47,949 bases of DNA from a virus (IMGVR_UViG_3300032295_002579:1-47949), one strand, 5' to 3'; shown: positions 27,921-37,804, numbered from the stretch's first letter. Made by a program: numbers and translations. The notes: generated by a model from the letters alone, not told the origin.

Positions 27921-28760
27921 ATGATATCTCTGCGTTCTATGTTATTAGAAGTGTATGGTAGTCCTAAAGCTATCATTTTGTCAGGCGCAGCTGGAATAGG
28001 CAAATCAACTTTTGCTGATCTTTTAACTCCTTACATTCCTTCTAACTTTAAAGTTTTTAATCCTGATACTTTTAATCCTGAAGATGATCCTAACAAACCT
28101 AATATATCTAAAAATTCAAAAATAATTAGAACTCAAGCTATTCCTGGAGCTATAAACAACAAAGAAAGTTTTATTTATGACACTACAGGACAAAATTTTG
28201 AAGAAACAGCAAAAATTATTTTGGATGCTCAAAAAGCAGGTTATAAAGTAATGGTAATTATGTTTTATGGAAGTCCTATTATTAATTTTTTAAGAAATTT
28301 TAGTAGAAGTCGTAAGCTGCCTAAAGATGTAGTATTAGACAACTGGGCTAAAGTTTACAGAAACATACAAAACTACAAAAACGTACCAGGAATTGAGTAT
28401 CTTTTAGTTCAAACTGAACTTAGTCCTGCTGAAAAAAAAGAAGCAGCAAGATTTGAAGGAGCACTTAAATCAAAAGAAATAGAAGAATATTTTAAAAATT
28501 TAATAGCAACCGATCCTGATAGATTTAAGTCTAGTTTTAGCAAACCTAAAGACTCAGGAATAGAAAAAGCTGAAGACTTGCCTGATCCTGAAACTTTAAA
28601 AGCTAGAGAAGAAAAAAAGAAAGCAGCTGAAAAGAAATTTAGTGATACTATTAAAAATTTAAAAGATCAATTTAAAGAAGTAGAAAAATACTTAAAAATA
28701 ATAAAACCAGTAGACTATAAAACAGCAATAGGAGCAGTAAAAACATTTGCTAAACCATGA
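27921..28760 (+). CDS. P-loop kinase (zeta-toxin/polynucleotide-kinase-like) with MISLRSMLLE leader
   Basis: Walker A GAAGIGKST, FIYDTTG, RNFSRSR lid; class L motif 27908-27916. Confidence 0.75.
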   Translation: MISLRSMLLEVYGSPKAIILSGAAGIGKSTFADLLTPYIPSNFKVFNPDTFNPEDDPNKPNISKNSKIIRTQAIPGAINNKESFIYDTTGQNFEETAKIILDAQKAGYKVMVIMFYGSPIINFLRNFSRSRKLPKDVVLDNWAKVYRNIQNYKNVPGIEYLLVQTELSPAEKKEAARFEGALKSKEIEEYFKNLIATDPDRFKSSFSKPKDSGIEKAEDLPDPETLKAREEKKKAAEKKFSDTIKNLKDQFKEVEKYLKIIKPVDYKTAIGAVKTFAKP

Positions 28761-31700
28761 TAGACGTAAAAGAAATAGGAAAACAAATAGGAGAACAAAT
28801 AGTTAAAGAACCAATGATGTGTTGGTACCCTGGAGGGTTTAAGCCACCTCATAAAGGTCACTTTGCTGCAGCTCAACAATTAGCATCTAAACCTTATATT
28901 ACTCAAGTTAATGTATTGATAGGCCAAGGTATTAGAGACGGAATTACTGCTGAGCAAAGTAAAGCTATTTGGGACATTTATTTAAAAGCACAACCTAATC
29001 CTAAAATTAAAGTTGCAATTTCACAAACTAAATCGCCTATTAGAGACATTTATAGATGGTTTGCCGATGATTTGGAAAGAAAAGCATATGTAGCTGCTGC
29101 TGGAAAAGAAGCTACTGATTTAAAATACTTTGAAAATTTAAAAGAAGCTTTTGGAGACAGAGTATTTGAAGAAATAATTAATGATGAATTTGTAGACCAA
29201 GATGGAGAACGAGTTAGTGGAACTGAATTTAGAGCTACTATAAATCGTTTAAAAGAAACATATAATGCCGTTAAAGCTAATCCTGAAGATAAAAGAGCTT
29301 TAAATGATTATAATACTACTTACAATTATTTTAAGTCTTTATTCCCAGAATCTGTTATTCAAAAAGGTTACTTTGATGAAATTCAAAAGGTACTAGGAAT
29401 AAATTACCCTCCTCCTACTTCATTACAAGAAGACTCTCAACCCAATCCTAAAAATCAGCCTAAATGGGTTTGGTTAGAATATAAAAATAAAGAAAAATTA
29501 AATCCTTTAATATTTGATGAAGACGAAACAATAGACGAAAAAGTAAAAGAATTATTGTTAAAGATTGCTAATTATTTTTGGGAAAATTTAGAAATTCCTG
29601 AACCTTTTGAAGACGTTGTTTTAATAGGAAGTAGTGCTAATTACAATTATACTCCTACATCAGACATAGATGTACATATTATTGTTGATTTTAATAAATT
29701 TAAAGATCCTGAATTAGTTAAGAAGTATTTTGATAAAGCTAAAGCCAATTGGAATAAAGTACATGATTTAAAATTAGGAAAACACAATATAGAGTTATAT
29801 GTTCAAGATAAAAATGAAGAAAAAACAGCAGATGCTGGAATTTATTCATTAATGAATGATAAGTGGATTTATAAACCAACTTATAAACCAATAAATATTC
29901 CCAACAAAGACATAGAACAAAAAACAAAATTATTTAAACAACAAATAAATAAACTTGTAAAGCAAGGCAAAGACAACCCTGAAAAATCAATAGAACTTAT
30001 AAATAAAATAAAAGAACGCATTAAAAACTTTAGACAAGCAGGACTAGATAAGGCTGGTGAATATTCTATAGAGAATTTAGCGTTTAAAAACTTAAGAAAC
30101 ACAGGTTATCTTAAAAAATTGAGTGACTTAAAAAATCAATTGATAGATAAATCACTTTCTTTAACAGAATCTATTGATAAAAATTCTCTGTTTAACAATT
30201 TTATGTCTTATGCTTGTAATGAACTACAAATTCAAACACCGCCTACCCTCGAAATCAAACACATGGTGGGAGAAGAACAGCCCTCTTTTGGTGCTTATCT
30301 TCCCTCTGACCATCATATTTTTCTTAATCCTATTGGCAGAAATATTGTTGATGTACTCCGGACATTAGCTCATGAATTGGTTCATGCCAAACAAAATGAA
30401 TTAGGAATACTTACACCTACTTCAGGTGAAACTGGTAGTGAACATGAAAATGATGCTAATGCTATTGCAGGTATTTTAATGAGAGATTATGGAAAACAAA
30501 ATCCCGACATTTATAATATTGGAGTGTTACAAGAACAAGTTACAAAAACTTCTGTAATTTGTGATAAATGTGGCTGGTCTTGGAAGAAAAAAGATGGCGG
30601 TAAAGATTTATATGTTTGTCATAAATGTGGACATGATAATAATCCTAAATTAAATGAAGTAAAAAAAAACTTAAATGAAAATGTTGCAGGAATTGATAAT
30701 TTTTTAAATAAAACAATTCAAAAATTTCCTGAAACAGAAAAATACAAAGATACTATTGAAAAATTTATAGAATCATCAGGCGTAAAAAAAATTGAACTTA
30801 GCAATTTTAGTTTTGGTTATGATAATGCTTTAGGTTTATCATTACATGATGGAGTTTTATTAAACAATAAAATATTTAATTTAAATTTACCTACATTTTT
30901 ATATGTAGTATTTCATGAACTTGCTCATCAATATCAATTTAAAAAGTATGGAGATGACAAAATGTATGATTTATATAGAGGAAAAATTGATGTTAAAGAA
31001 GCAGCAGCTGCTATGAAAAATATTGAATTAATAGCTGATGAATTTGCTGTAAGAAAAATAAGAGAATTTATTAAATTAGGTCTGTTAAATAAAGAAGATG
31101 AAATAAAAAACCCAGTTTATAAAAATATTCCTTTATCTCATTTTGAACAATTGATTAATTTATTTGCTAAAAAATTAAAAACAAAAGGAGCTAAAAATCC
31201 AGATGAAATATCTGATGTTATTTATAATACGGTTAAGGCAAATCTTATTAAAAATGTTTTTGATAAAATTAAAGGAATGTTACAAGAATCTAAAAAAGAC
31301 AAACAACAAATAACAAGAATTTATTTTGATTTAGATGGTGTATTAGCAGGATTTGATAATCAGTTTAAAAAATATAATAAAGATGGTTTAGATTTTAAAT
31401 CATACATTAGAGAACATGGTAGTAATAAAGCATGGGACATAATTAATAAAGCAAAAACTAAATTTTGGTCTGAAATGCCTTGGAATCCTGGAGGAAAAGA
31501 ATTATACAATCGTGTTATGGAACTTGCTAAAGAAAAAAACATAGAAGTATGGATTTTATCAAGTCCTGGTTTAGATCCAAATGGAGATGCTAAAAAGGGT
31601 AAAGATGAGTGGGTAGATAAACACTTAAACATTCCTAAAAATAGAAGAGTATATAAACAAGCTAAAGACAAACACACAGAAGCAAAACCAGGTTACATGT

Positions 31701-31822
31701 TGATTGATGATATGGGTAAAAATGTTAGTGAATTTATAAATGCTGGTGGAACTGGCATAAAAAACAACCCAGAAGACTCAACTGAATCAATAAAAAAGTT
31801 ATATAAATTTAAATATGAGTAA
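28757..31822 (+). CDS. Multi-enzyme protein: HxGH cytidylyltransferase-like, Pol-beta-type nucleotidyltransferase, HExxH, Zn ribbon, second HExxH, HAD 5'-nucleotidase-like
   Basis: PGGFKPPHKGH; GSSANYNYTPTSDIDVH; LAHELVH; CDKC/CHKC; FHELAH; FDLDGVL...LIDD. Confidence 0.85.
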   Translation: MIDVKEIGKQIGEQIVKEPMMCWYPGGFKPPHKGHFAAAQQLASKPYITQVNVLIGQGIRDGITAEQSKAIWDIYLKAQPNPKIKVAISQTKSPIRDIYRWFADDLERKAYVAAAGKEATDLKYFENLKEAFGDRVFEEIINDEFVDQDGERVSGTEFRATINRLKETYNAVKANPEDKRALNDYNTTYNYFKSLFPESVIQKGYFDEIQKVLGINYPPPTSLQEDSQPNPKNQPKWVWLEYKNKEKLNPLIFDEDETIDEKVKELLLKIANYFWENLEIPEPFEDVVLIGSSANYNYTPTSDIDVHIIVDFNKFKDPELVKKYFDKAKANWNKVHDLKLGKHNIELYVQDKNEEKTADAGIYSLMNDKWIYKPTYKPINIPNKDIEQKTKLFKQQINKLVKQGKDNPEKSIELINKIKERIKNFRQAGLDKAGEYSIENLAFKNLRNTGYLKKLSDLKNQLIDKSLSLTESIDKNSLFNNFMSYACNELQIQTPPTLEIKHMVGEEQPSFGAYLPSDHHIFLNPIGRNIVDVLRTLAHELVHAKQNELGILTPTSGETGSEHENDANAIAGILMRDYGKQNPDIYNIGVLQEQVTKTSVICDKCGWSWKKKDGGKDLYVCHKCGHDNNPKLNEVKKNLNENVAGIDNFLNKTIQKFPETEKYKDTIEKFIESSGVKKIELSNFSFGYDNALGLSLHDGVLLNNKIFNLNLPTFLYVVFHELAHQYQFKKYGDDKMYDLYRGKIDVKEAAAAMKNIELIADEFAVRKIREFIKLGLLNKEDEIKNPVYKNIPLSHFEQLINLFAKKLKTKGAKNPDEISDVIYNTVKANLIKNVFDKIKGMLQESKKDKQQITRIYFDLDGVLAGFDNQFKKYNKDGLDFKSYIREHGSNKAWDIINKAKTKFWSEMPWNPGGKELYNRVMELAKEKNIEVWILSSPGLDPNGDAKKGKDEWVDKHLNIPKNRRVYKQAKDKHTEAKPGYMLIDDMGKNVSEFINAGGTGIKNNPEDSTESIKKLYKFKYE

Positions 31823-32405
31823 AGAAACCCTACTAAATAGACAGTTTACTGAACGAGAAGTTCAAAGAATGCGTAACATTGTTACGAAAAAAACAAATGA
31901 TCGTACCCATATTCAAGCAGGTTATGAGTCTAACATAAAAAGAAATGAGGGAGACATTTGGGAAGAAAATGGTAAAACATGGACTATAAAAAATGGCATA
32001 AAACGTACTGTAAGTAAAATGGCTAATTTTAAACAAGAAAGTATTATGCCTCTTTGTTGTCCTCAATGTAATGAACCCTTAGCAAGACAAAGTGAATATG
32101 TAAAACACATTTATAAACTAATGCATAAATGTCCGAAATGTGTAGCCCGTGAAGAAAGTGATTTAAAATTACAAGGAAAATTTGATGAATATGCATTGAA
32201 AATGCACGCTCAAAATCATTTAGATTTACTAGAAAACACAGAAAAAGAATTTGATGATTTTGTTAATAATGGTTTTGAAACATTTATGACTGAAAATGGA
32301 GAAGTAGAAACTTGGGATGGTAAAGGCTTAACACCAGAACAAATAAAAGAAACTAAACAGTGGATTGCTGAACAGAAAGCAAAAATTACTACATATTTAT
32401 CATAA
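31815..32405 (+). CDS. Hypothetical protein with Zn-finger-like CxxC pairs
   Basis: CPQC...CPKC. Confidence 0.75.
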   Translation: MSKETLLNRQFTEREVQRMRNIVTKKTNDRTHIQAGYESNIKRNEGDIWEENGKTWTIKNGIKRTVSKMANFKQESIMPLCCPQCNEPLARQSEYVKHIYKLMHKCPKCVAREESDLKLQGKFDEYALKMHAQNHLDLLENTEKEFDDFVNNGFETFMTENGEVETWDGKGLTPEQIKETKQWIAEQKAKITTYLS

Positions 32406-32420
32406 ACTAATATTATTCAT

Positions 32421-32765
32421 ATGCCATACAAAGCTAAAGGAAAATGTGTTTATAAAAAAACCAAAGAAGGAAAATTAGGTGCTAAAGTAGGATGTACTAA
32501 AGGATCTGTAAAACAATATTTAAAGGCACTTTATGCCAGTGATCCTAAAGCTGCTAAAAATGAGTTGGCTCAAATAGTAGAAGCTTTTAATGTAGAAAAG
32601 AAAAAAGAAACATTAATGGGTGAATTAGCTGAAATGCATGATAATGTTAAAAGCATGTATGAAGCTATGGATCATGAAGGTTATGAAGATACTTTATATG
32701 AAGTAGAAAAAATGCATCAAGAAATGAAACGACTCTACGCTGAAATAGCTAAATTAGAAAAATAA
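32421..32765 (+). CDS. Hypothetical protein, basic N-terminus and acidic helical C-terminus
   Basis: 114 aa; class L motif 32392-32400. Confidence 0.7.
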   Translation: MPYKAKGKCVYKKTKEGKLGAKVGCTKGSVKQYLKALYASDPKAAKNELAQIVEAFNVEKKKETLMGELAEMHDNVKSMYEAMDHEGYEDTLYEVEKMHQEMKRLYAEIAKLEK

Positions 32766-32766
32766 T

Positions 32767-33099
32767 ATGAGTGAAATTAGTCGCATGCAAGAATTAGCTG
32801 GTTTAAAAGAGCCTAAGCAAGAAGTTACCTTAAATCCTGGTTTAGTATTTAAATCAGAAGGTTTAAGAAACAATGCTGCTAAATGGTTATCTAATCCTGC
32901 TAATTATTCTAAAATGGCTAAAGAAGAAAAAATGTCTAAAGCTCCTTTTAATTTTGAAATGAAAGACTCAACAGGAATTGAATTTCCTTTGAGTAAAAAT
33001 AAAATAAAAGCTGAAAGATTAAAAAAAATAGTAGAAATTTTACGCAAAAAAATGCCTAATGTATTAGGTGCTGAAACAACTGAATATAAAACTAATTAA
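32767..33099 (+). CDS. Hypothetical protein with RMQELAGL motif
   Basis: 110-aa ORF in operon. Confidence 0.7.
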   Translation: MSEISRMQELAGLKEPKQEVTLNPGLVFKSEGLRNNAAKWLSNPANYSKMAKEEKMSKAPFNFEMKDSTGIEFPLSKNKIKAERLKKIVEILRKKMPNVLGAETTEYKTN

Positions 33100-33100
33100 A

Positions 33101-33712
33101 ATGAAAGATAACTTCGACATATATGAATGGAGAATACAACAAGCTTTAAAAGAAGCTGAATTTGATCCTAAAAAATCTGATTTAAATAAAGACGGTAAAT
33201 TATCATCATATGAAAAAAAGCGTGGTGAAGCTATTGCTAAAAATATGGATGAACAACCCGCTAAAATGGTTCATGATGCTGAAGACTTAGAAGAAGACTA
33301 CAGCTTAACTGAAGACGATTGGATGCAACGAGACGACGAATCAGACATGGCACACAGTCAACTTTATGCTATTAAAGACTTAGCTGGAGAATTGTGTAAT
33401 ATGATTGATGATGGTGAACAATTAGACGCTTGGGTACAAGCTAAGTTAACTAAAGCTGAAGACTACTTAAACTCAGTTTACAGATATTTAAGTGGAGAAG
33501 AAGCTGAAGTTAAAAGAGACATGAAACAAGACATGGGTTACGAAGACGACGTTATTTTAGGAGCTCAATTCATGGAAAGAAGAGGCGATACTGACTTTAG
33601 AAGAGCAAAAGCTGCAAAAAGACTTGGCACTCAAGGTGAAAAAAAGATATTTGGTGCTGGTGTTGCTGACGGTAAAAGAATCGAAAAAGAAAAACTATCA
33701 CGTCGTAAATAA
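33101..33712 (+). CDS. Hypothetical acidic protein with EF-hand-like loop
   Basis: DLNKDGKLSSYE; several LxE sites; start moved to ATG 33101 (MKDNFDIYEW). Confidence 0.7.
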   Translation: MKDNFDIYEWRIQQALKEAEFDPKKSDLNKDGKLSSYEKKRGEAIAKNMDEQPAKMVHDAEDLEEDYSLTEDDWMQRDDESDMAHSQLYAIKDLAGELCNMIDDGEQLDAWVQAKLTKAEDYLNSVYRYLSGEEAEVKRDMKQDMGYEDDVILGAQFMERRGDTDFRRAKAAKRLGTQGEKKIFGAGVADGKRIEKEKLSRRK

Positions 33713-35466
33713 TGAATATTAAAACTTTTCAAAAAATCTTTGATGAAGAATATCAAAAATTCCGTACCCAAAAGGAAACGGATAAAGCCTTTATTGAAAA
33801 GTTCAACACAGAAACCGACAAACCTGTTCCTACTTTTGAAGAAGATCCAATAGGATACATTTTATACAGTTATCCTACATTAAAAGAATACTTAGAAAAA
33901 CTTTTAACTAAAGACTTTTTAGACTATGTAACAGGTATTTACGTAATTGCTCCTATTCCTACTACTTTCAAAATTATATTACATAACAACCAGTTTTTTT
34001 ACATGATTTATATGGGAAGAACTTGGATGGCTAAAGTGTCTGGAAAAAAATACTACTTATTAAATGTAGGTGAAAGAGGAAGAGCAACAGAAGCTATAGC
34101 TCGTTTATTAGCTATGGGAGCTCCATTAGGATTAGCACCTTCTGGTGAAGCTTCAGAAAGCGCAACAACAGAAGTTCCGTTACCTTCAGAAGGAAGTAAT
34201 CCTTTTGCTAGTGCTGAAGCAGGAACAGAAACTCCACCAGCTGGAGAAGGCGCACCACCCTCTGAAGGTGGAGGAGCTCCTTTAACAGAATCAAAAAAAA
34301 AAGTCTTATTAGAAATAGGTAAAAAATATCCTATTGCTTTTCGTATTGCTTTAAAACAAATTTTATTATTGGAAGGTTCTATAAATCAAAACAGTGCTAA
34401 AGTAGTTCAAAGAATTTTAAGTTCTGAAGAAAATAAAGAATATGGATTTACTCCAATGACTAAATCTTCAAGAGTAGCTAATCCTAATAAAATTCCAACA
34501 GAACAATTTTTAGATTTACTGCAAAAATTATATCCAGAAGCTGACATTAAAATTATTCCGCCTAAAACAGGTATAAATCAAAAACCTTTTGGCAGTAGTA
34601 AATTTCCAATGTATAGTTTTGACACAGAATATGGTCCTGTAGGCATTATTTTAGCGTCAGGAATGAATAAAGGTGAAAAATACGAAAAAGAATTTGTAGA
34701 AAAAATGAAAGCTAATGTTGGTAAAAAAATTACTGACATAAAAGACGAAGAATTAGTACAACTTTACGATTATTTAGAAATAGATCCGTCAGCTTTAACA
34801 GAAAAAGACATAATACCTGCTGGAAAAACAGACACAAAAAGATCTATTAATTTCGATAAACCTGAAGACATTGGAAATAAAATAGCTGACATAATTATTA
34901 AATACAGTGGGCAAGATTACAACATTTCTTTAAAAGATCCTAAAGGAGACTACATTTATAATGGAGGAAATGTTAAATTTATAAAACAAAATAAAGAAGG
35001 CGGCATTTATTTTGATGAAGAAGCCTTTATTAAAGACAATAGTCCCATTAAACAAATATTTGAAGTAACAGGCATTAATCCTCAAAGAATAGCTGAAGGA
35101 TTAGAAAACTATGTTAAAAAAGAAGGTTTACCTTCACAATGGGAAACAATACAAGATTATGATGGCATTAAACTTGAAAAAATGTTAGCATCAAGTTATG
35201 GATATGGTTATTATTATGTAAGACAAGTAAAACCTGGCGAACTTTTAATAAAAGACATTAACAGTGAAGACGATATAACACAGTTAATAGGAGAAGTTAA
35301 ATCAGTTAAAGTAAAATATCCTAGCATTGCTAGTAAGTCTTGTGAAGCCAGAGTAGAAACTAATAGTCCTGAAGGAGGACAAAATACTTATCAAATAGAC
35401 ATAAGAAATTCAGCTGGAGGTATATTACCTTCAATAAAAGTTAAATCAATAGGAACTAAACAATGA
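33712..35466 (+). CDS. Two-part protein; C-terminal part resembles a restriction-endonuclease-like PD-(D/E)XK fold
   Basis: P/E/G-rich linker ending in LTES; GEKYE...IADIII...NISLK. Confidence 0.55.
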   Translation: MNIKTFQKIFDEEYQKFRTQKETDKAFIEKFNTETDKPVPTFEEDPIGYILYSYPTLKEYLEKLLTKDFLDYVTGIYVIAPIPTTFKIILHNNQFFYMIYMGRTWMAKVSGKKYYLLNVGERGRATEAIARLLAMGAPLGLAPSGEASESATTEVPLPSEGSNPFASAEAGTETPPAGEGAPPSEGGGAPLTESKKKVLLEIGKKYPIAFRIALKQILLLEGSINQNSAKVVQRILSSEENKEYGFTPMTKSSRVANPNKIPTEQFLDLLQKLYPEADIKIIPPKTGINQKPFGSSKFPMYSFDTEYGPVGIILASGMNKGEKYEKEFVEKMKANVGKKITDIKDEELVQLYDYLEIDPSALTEKDIIPAGKTDTKRSINFDKPEDIGNKIADIIIKYSGQDYNISLKDPKGDYIYNGGNVKFIKQNKEGGIYFDEEAFIKDNSPIKQIFEVTGINPQRIAEGLENYVKKEGLPSQWETIQDYDGIKLEKMLASSYGYGYYYVRQVKPGELLIKDINSEDDITQLIGEVKSVKVKYPSIASKSCEARVETNSPEGGQNTYQIDIRNSAGGILPSIKVKSIGTKQ

Positions 35467-36143
35467 TAAAATTAAGCAACTTACTATTAGAAGACACAAA
35501 TTGTTCTAATTGCAGTAGACCTAAAGCACCTTTACTAGTAGAATCAACAAAATCAACAAGTTTGTCAGAACACATGTTGTATCATGTGTACAACAAGTTG
35601 CCTTTAGTAGAAAATACTTTTAGATATAACAGTGAAGCATTTTTAAATTTATGGCAAGAAGCTCGTTGGTTACACGAAAACAAACAAGTAAAATTTCAAG
35701 GAACTGACGAAGAATTGTTGAATGAAACTGACTTAGGTCGTTTTGATTTTTATCAAGGCGAATTAGTTCCTTTAGATCTTTTATTAGAAGATGAATCAAT
35801 GGGAGCAGCCGAAGTAAACTCTATTACAGATGACCCTATAACAGAAAAAACAAAAACTGACAAAAAACAACCAGCTTTAGGAAAACCTAAACGTGGCGGT
35901 GCTAAAAAGTTCTATGTTTATGTAAAAGATCCTAAAACTAAAAGAATAAAAAAAGTAAGTTTTGGTATGGCTGGAGGCGGTTTAAGAGCTAAATTAAACA
36001 ATCCAAAAGCACGTCAAGCTTTTGCTAAAAGACACAATTGTGCTCAAGCTAAAGACAGAACAACGGCTCGTTACTGGTCATGTCGTCTTCCAAGGTATGC
36101 GCGTCTGTTAGGATTTAAAACCACTTTTAGCGGTTATTGGTAA
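35463..36143 (+). CDS. Hypothetical protein with MIKLSNLLLE leader and basic C-terminal domain
   Basis: KKFYVYVK...KKVSFG...RHNC...YWSC. Confidence 0.75.
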   Translation: MIKLSNLLLEDTNCSNCSRPKAPLLVESTKSTSLSEHMLYHVYNKLPLVENTFRYNSEAFLNLWQEARWLHENKQVKFQGTDEELLNETDLGRFDFYQGELVPLDLLLEDESMGAAEVNSITDDPITEKTKTDKKQPALGKPKRGGAKKFYVYVKDPKTKRIKKVSFGMAGGGLRAKLNNPKARQAFAKRHNCAQAKDRTTARYWSCRLPRYARLLGFKTTFSGYW

Positions 36144-36162
36144 TATTTATAATTATAGTACC

Positions 36163-37065
36163 ATGGACAAAAAAATTTTACTAAAGAAAATTTTATCAGA
36201 AGCTGTCAAGAGAAATCTTGAAGAAATGCCTCAAATACAAAGATTCTACACATTAACTGACGATTGGGAAGAAAAAGCTGAAGGTTTAAGATCTTTAGGT
36301 GGCATTAAAGTTCAAGATGCTATTTTAAAATTAGAGTCTATGGAAGACATGAATTACTTCACAAGAAGTGACATTCAACAAGTTTTTAAATTTGCTAGAC
36401 CTCAAGGCGCTAATAATTTTATTAAAACTCTTCTTCAACAAGGTGTTATTATGCCTGTAAGTGGTGCTAAAGTACAAGCTAAAAACTTAGGTGTAGATAG
36501 TGATGCTGATGACGAATTTAATGTTTCTGCTTTACCTGGACTAGACATTTCTCAAGGAATTGACTTAGAAAGTGCTTTGTCTAAAATTAAAATTGAAAAA
36601 AATACTCCTTGGTTTAATTTTATAATTAGAAAAACATATAAAGTTGAATTGCCTAGAGAAGAACAAAGAAAACTAGCAGTACAATATGGATCTTTAGCAA
36701 AAGGTTTATATGAAAAATACGGAGTTATGACTTATAATGTGCATGAAATACATTATAAAACAACACCTTACAGATTTTTAAAACCTTTTTTAGAAAAGAA
36801 ACACTACAAACAAATTCCTAGTGATGAACCTATTGTAATTAAAAGAGGAACATGGCAAGAACCGTCAACAAAATACAAAATAACTGATTTATTTCCTACT
36901 GTAGACGATTTTGAAAGATTTGTTGAAAATAATCCTAGAAGTTTTCAAATAAAATCAAAGCCAGCCAATTTTGATGAAATGGTTAGTAAAATAGAAAGTG
37001 ATGGTGGCACATTAGTTCTAACAAAAGAACAAAATGGAATTACCACTAATAATTACTTATCATGA
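36163..37065 (+). CDS. Hypothetical protein
   Basis: 300 aa; class L motif 36142-36150; ILSE and NLEE near N-terminus. Confidence 0.75.
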   Translation: MDKKILLKKILSEAVKRNLEEMPQIQRFYTLTDDWEEKAEGLRSLGGIKVQDAILKLESMEDMNYFTRSDIQQVFKFARPQGANNFIKTLLQQGVIMPVSGAKVQAKNLGVDSDADDEFNVSALPGLDISQGIDLESALSKIKIEKNTPWFNFIIRKTYKVELPREEQRKLAVQYGSLAKGLYEKYGVMTYNVHEIHYKTTPYRFLKPFLEKKHYKQIPSDEPIVIKRGTWQEPSTKYKITDLFPTVDDFERFVENNPRSFQIKSKPANFDEMVSKIESDGGTLVLTKEQNGITTNNYLS

Positions 37066-37787
37066 TTAAACTAACTAGTATAGTACATGAAATATTACAA
37101 GAAGATCGCTGTAAACGCATAGCAGATCGTCGTTATTCTAAACCTTCTGCTTATAAATCAGGTGCTATTGTTAGATGTCGTAAAGGTAAAATTTGGAAGG
37201 GGTTAAAAGAAGACATAGATCCTAAAGAAGCATATAATGCTACTAGTTCTTTACAAACTATTATAGACAACAAAAGAAATGTTGGTTATATTGTATTAGA
37301 TGAAATAAACAGTCCTAAAACTTTTTGGGAAATAATAGAAGAAAACAATTTAAAAAGTTTAAAAGTAAAATCAAAAGACAATCATGATGTTTACATAATC
37401 CACAGACCCGGTTATGAAAAAGACGCTGAAGAATTAAAAAATTTAGCTGAAAAATATGGAGGATATTTATCTATTAACGCTACTGATGATGAAACAAGAA
37501 GAATAGGTGAATTATTGGGTTATAAAAAAGAAGCTATAGATAGTTTTATTGAAAAAAGAAAAAACTTAAACGAAGCTAAAAAAGAAACACTTCGTACTTG
37601 GTTTAAAAGAAAAGGAGCACCTGGAAAAACAGGAGGTTGGGTAGATTGTAATACTTGTCGAAATGGTAAATGTAAACCTTGTGGTAGACAAAAAGGAGAA
37701 ACTAGAGCTAAATACCCATCATGTAGACCAACACCCAGCCAGTGTAAAAGACCAGGTAAAGGCAAAACTTGGGGCAAAACAAAATAA
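37062..37787 (+). CDS. Three-module protein with MIKL leader and basic Cys-rich ends
   Basis: Modules delimited by ILQE, GLKE and NLNE. Confidence 0.75.
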   Translation: MIKLTSIVHEILQEDRCKRIADRRYSKPSAYKSGAIVRCRKGKIWKGLKEDIDPKEAYNATSSLQTIIDNKRNVGYIVLDEINSPKTFWEIIEENNLKSLKVKSKDNHDVYIIHRPGYEKDAEELKNLAEKYGGYLSINATDDETRRIGELLGYKKEAIDSFIEKRKNLNEAKKETLRTWFKRKGAPGKTGGWVDCNTCRNGKCKPCGRQKGETRAKYPSCRPTPSQCKRPGKGKTWGKTK

Positions 37788-37804
37788 TAAAAATAACTAA
37801 AACA

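Noticed and set aside
27921-28760. Zeta toxin-antitoxin module
   Set aside because: Only the generic kinase fold is supported; no epsilon-like partner adjacent
30190-30400. Locally higher C/G codon usage in the first HExxH module (also part of primase near 26620-27000)
   Set aside because: Only an impression by eye over short stretches; cannot be supported without a codon-usage calculation
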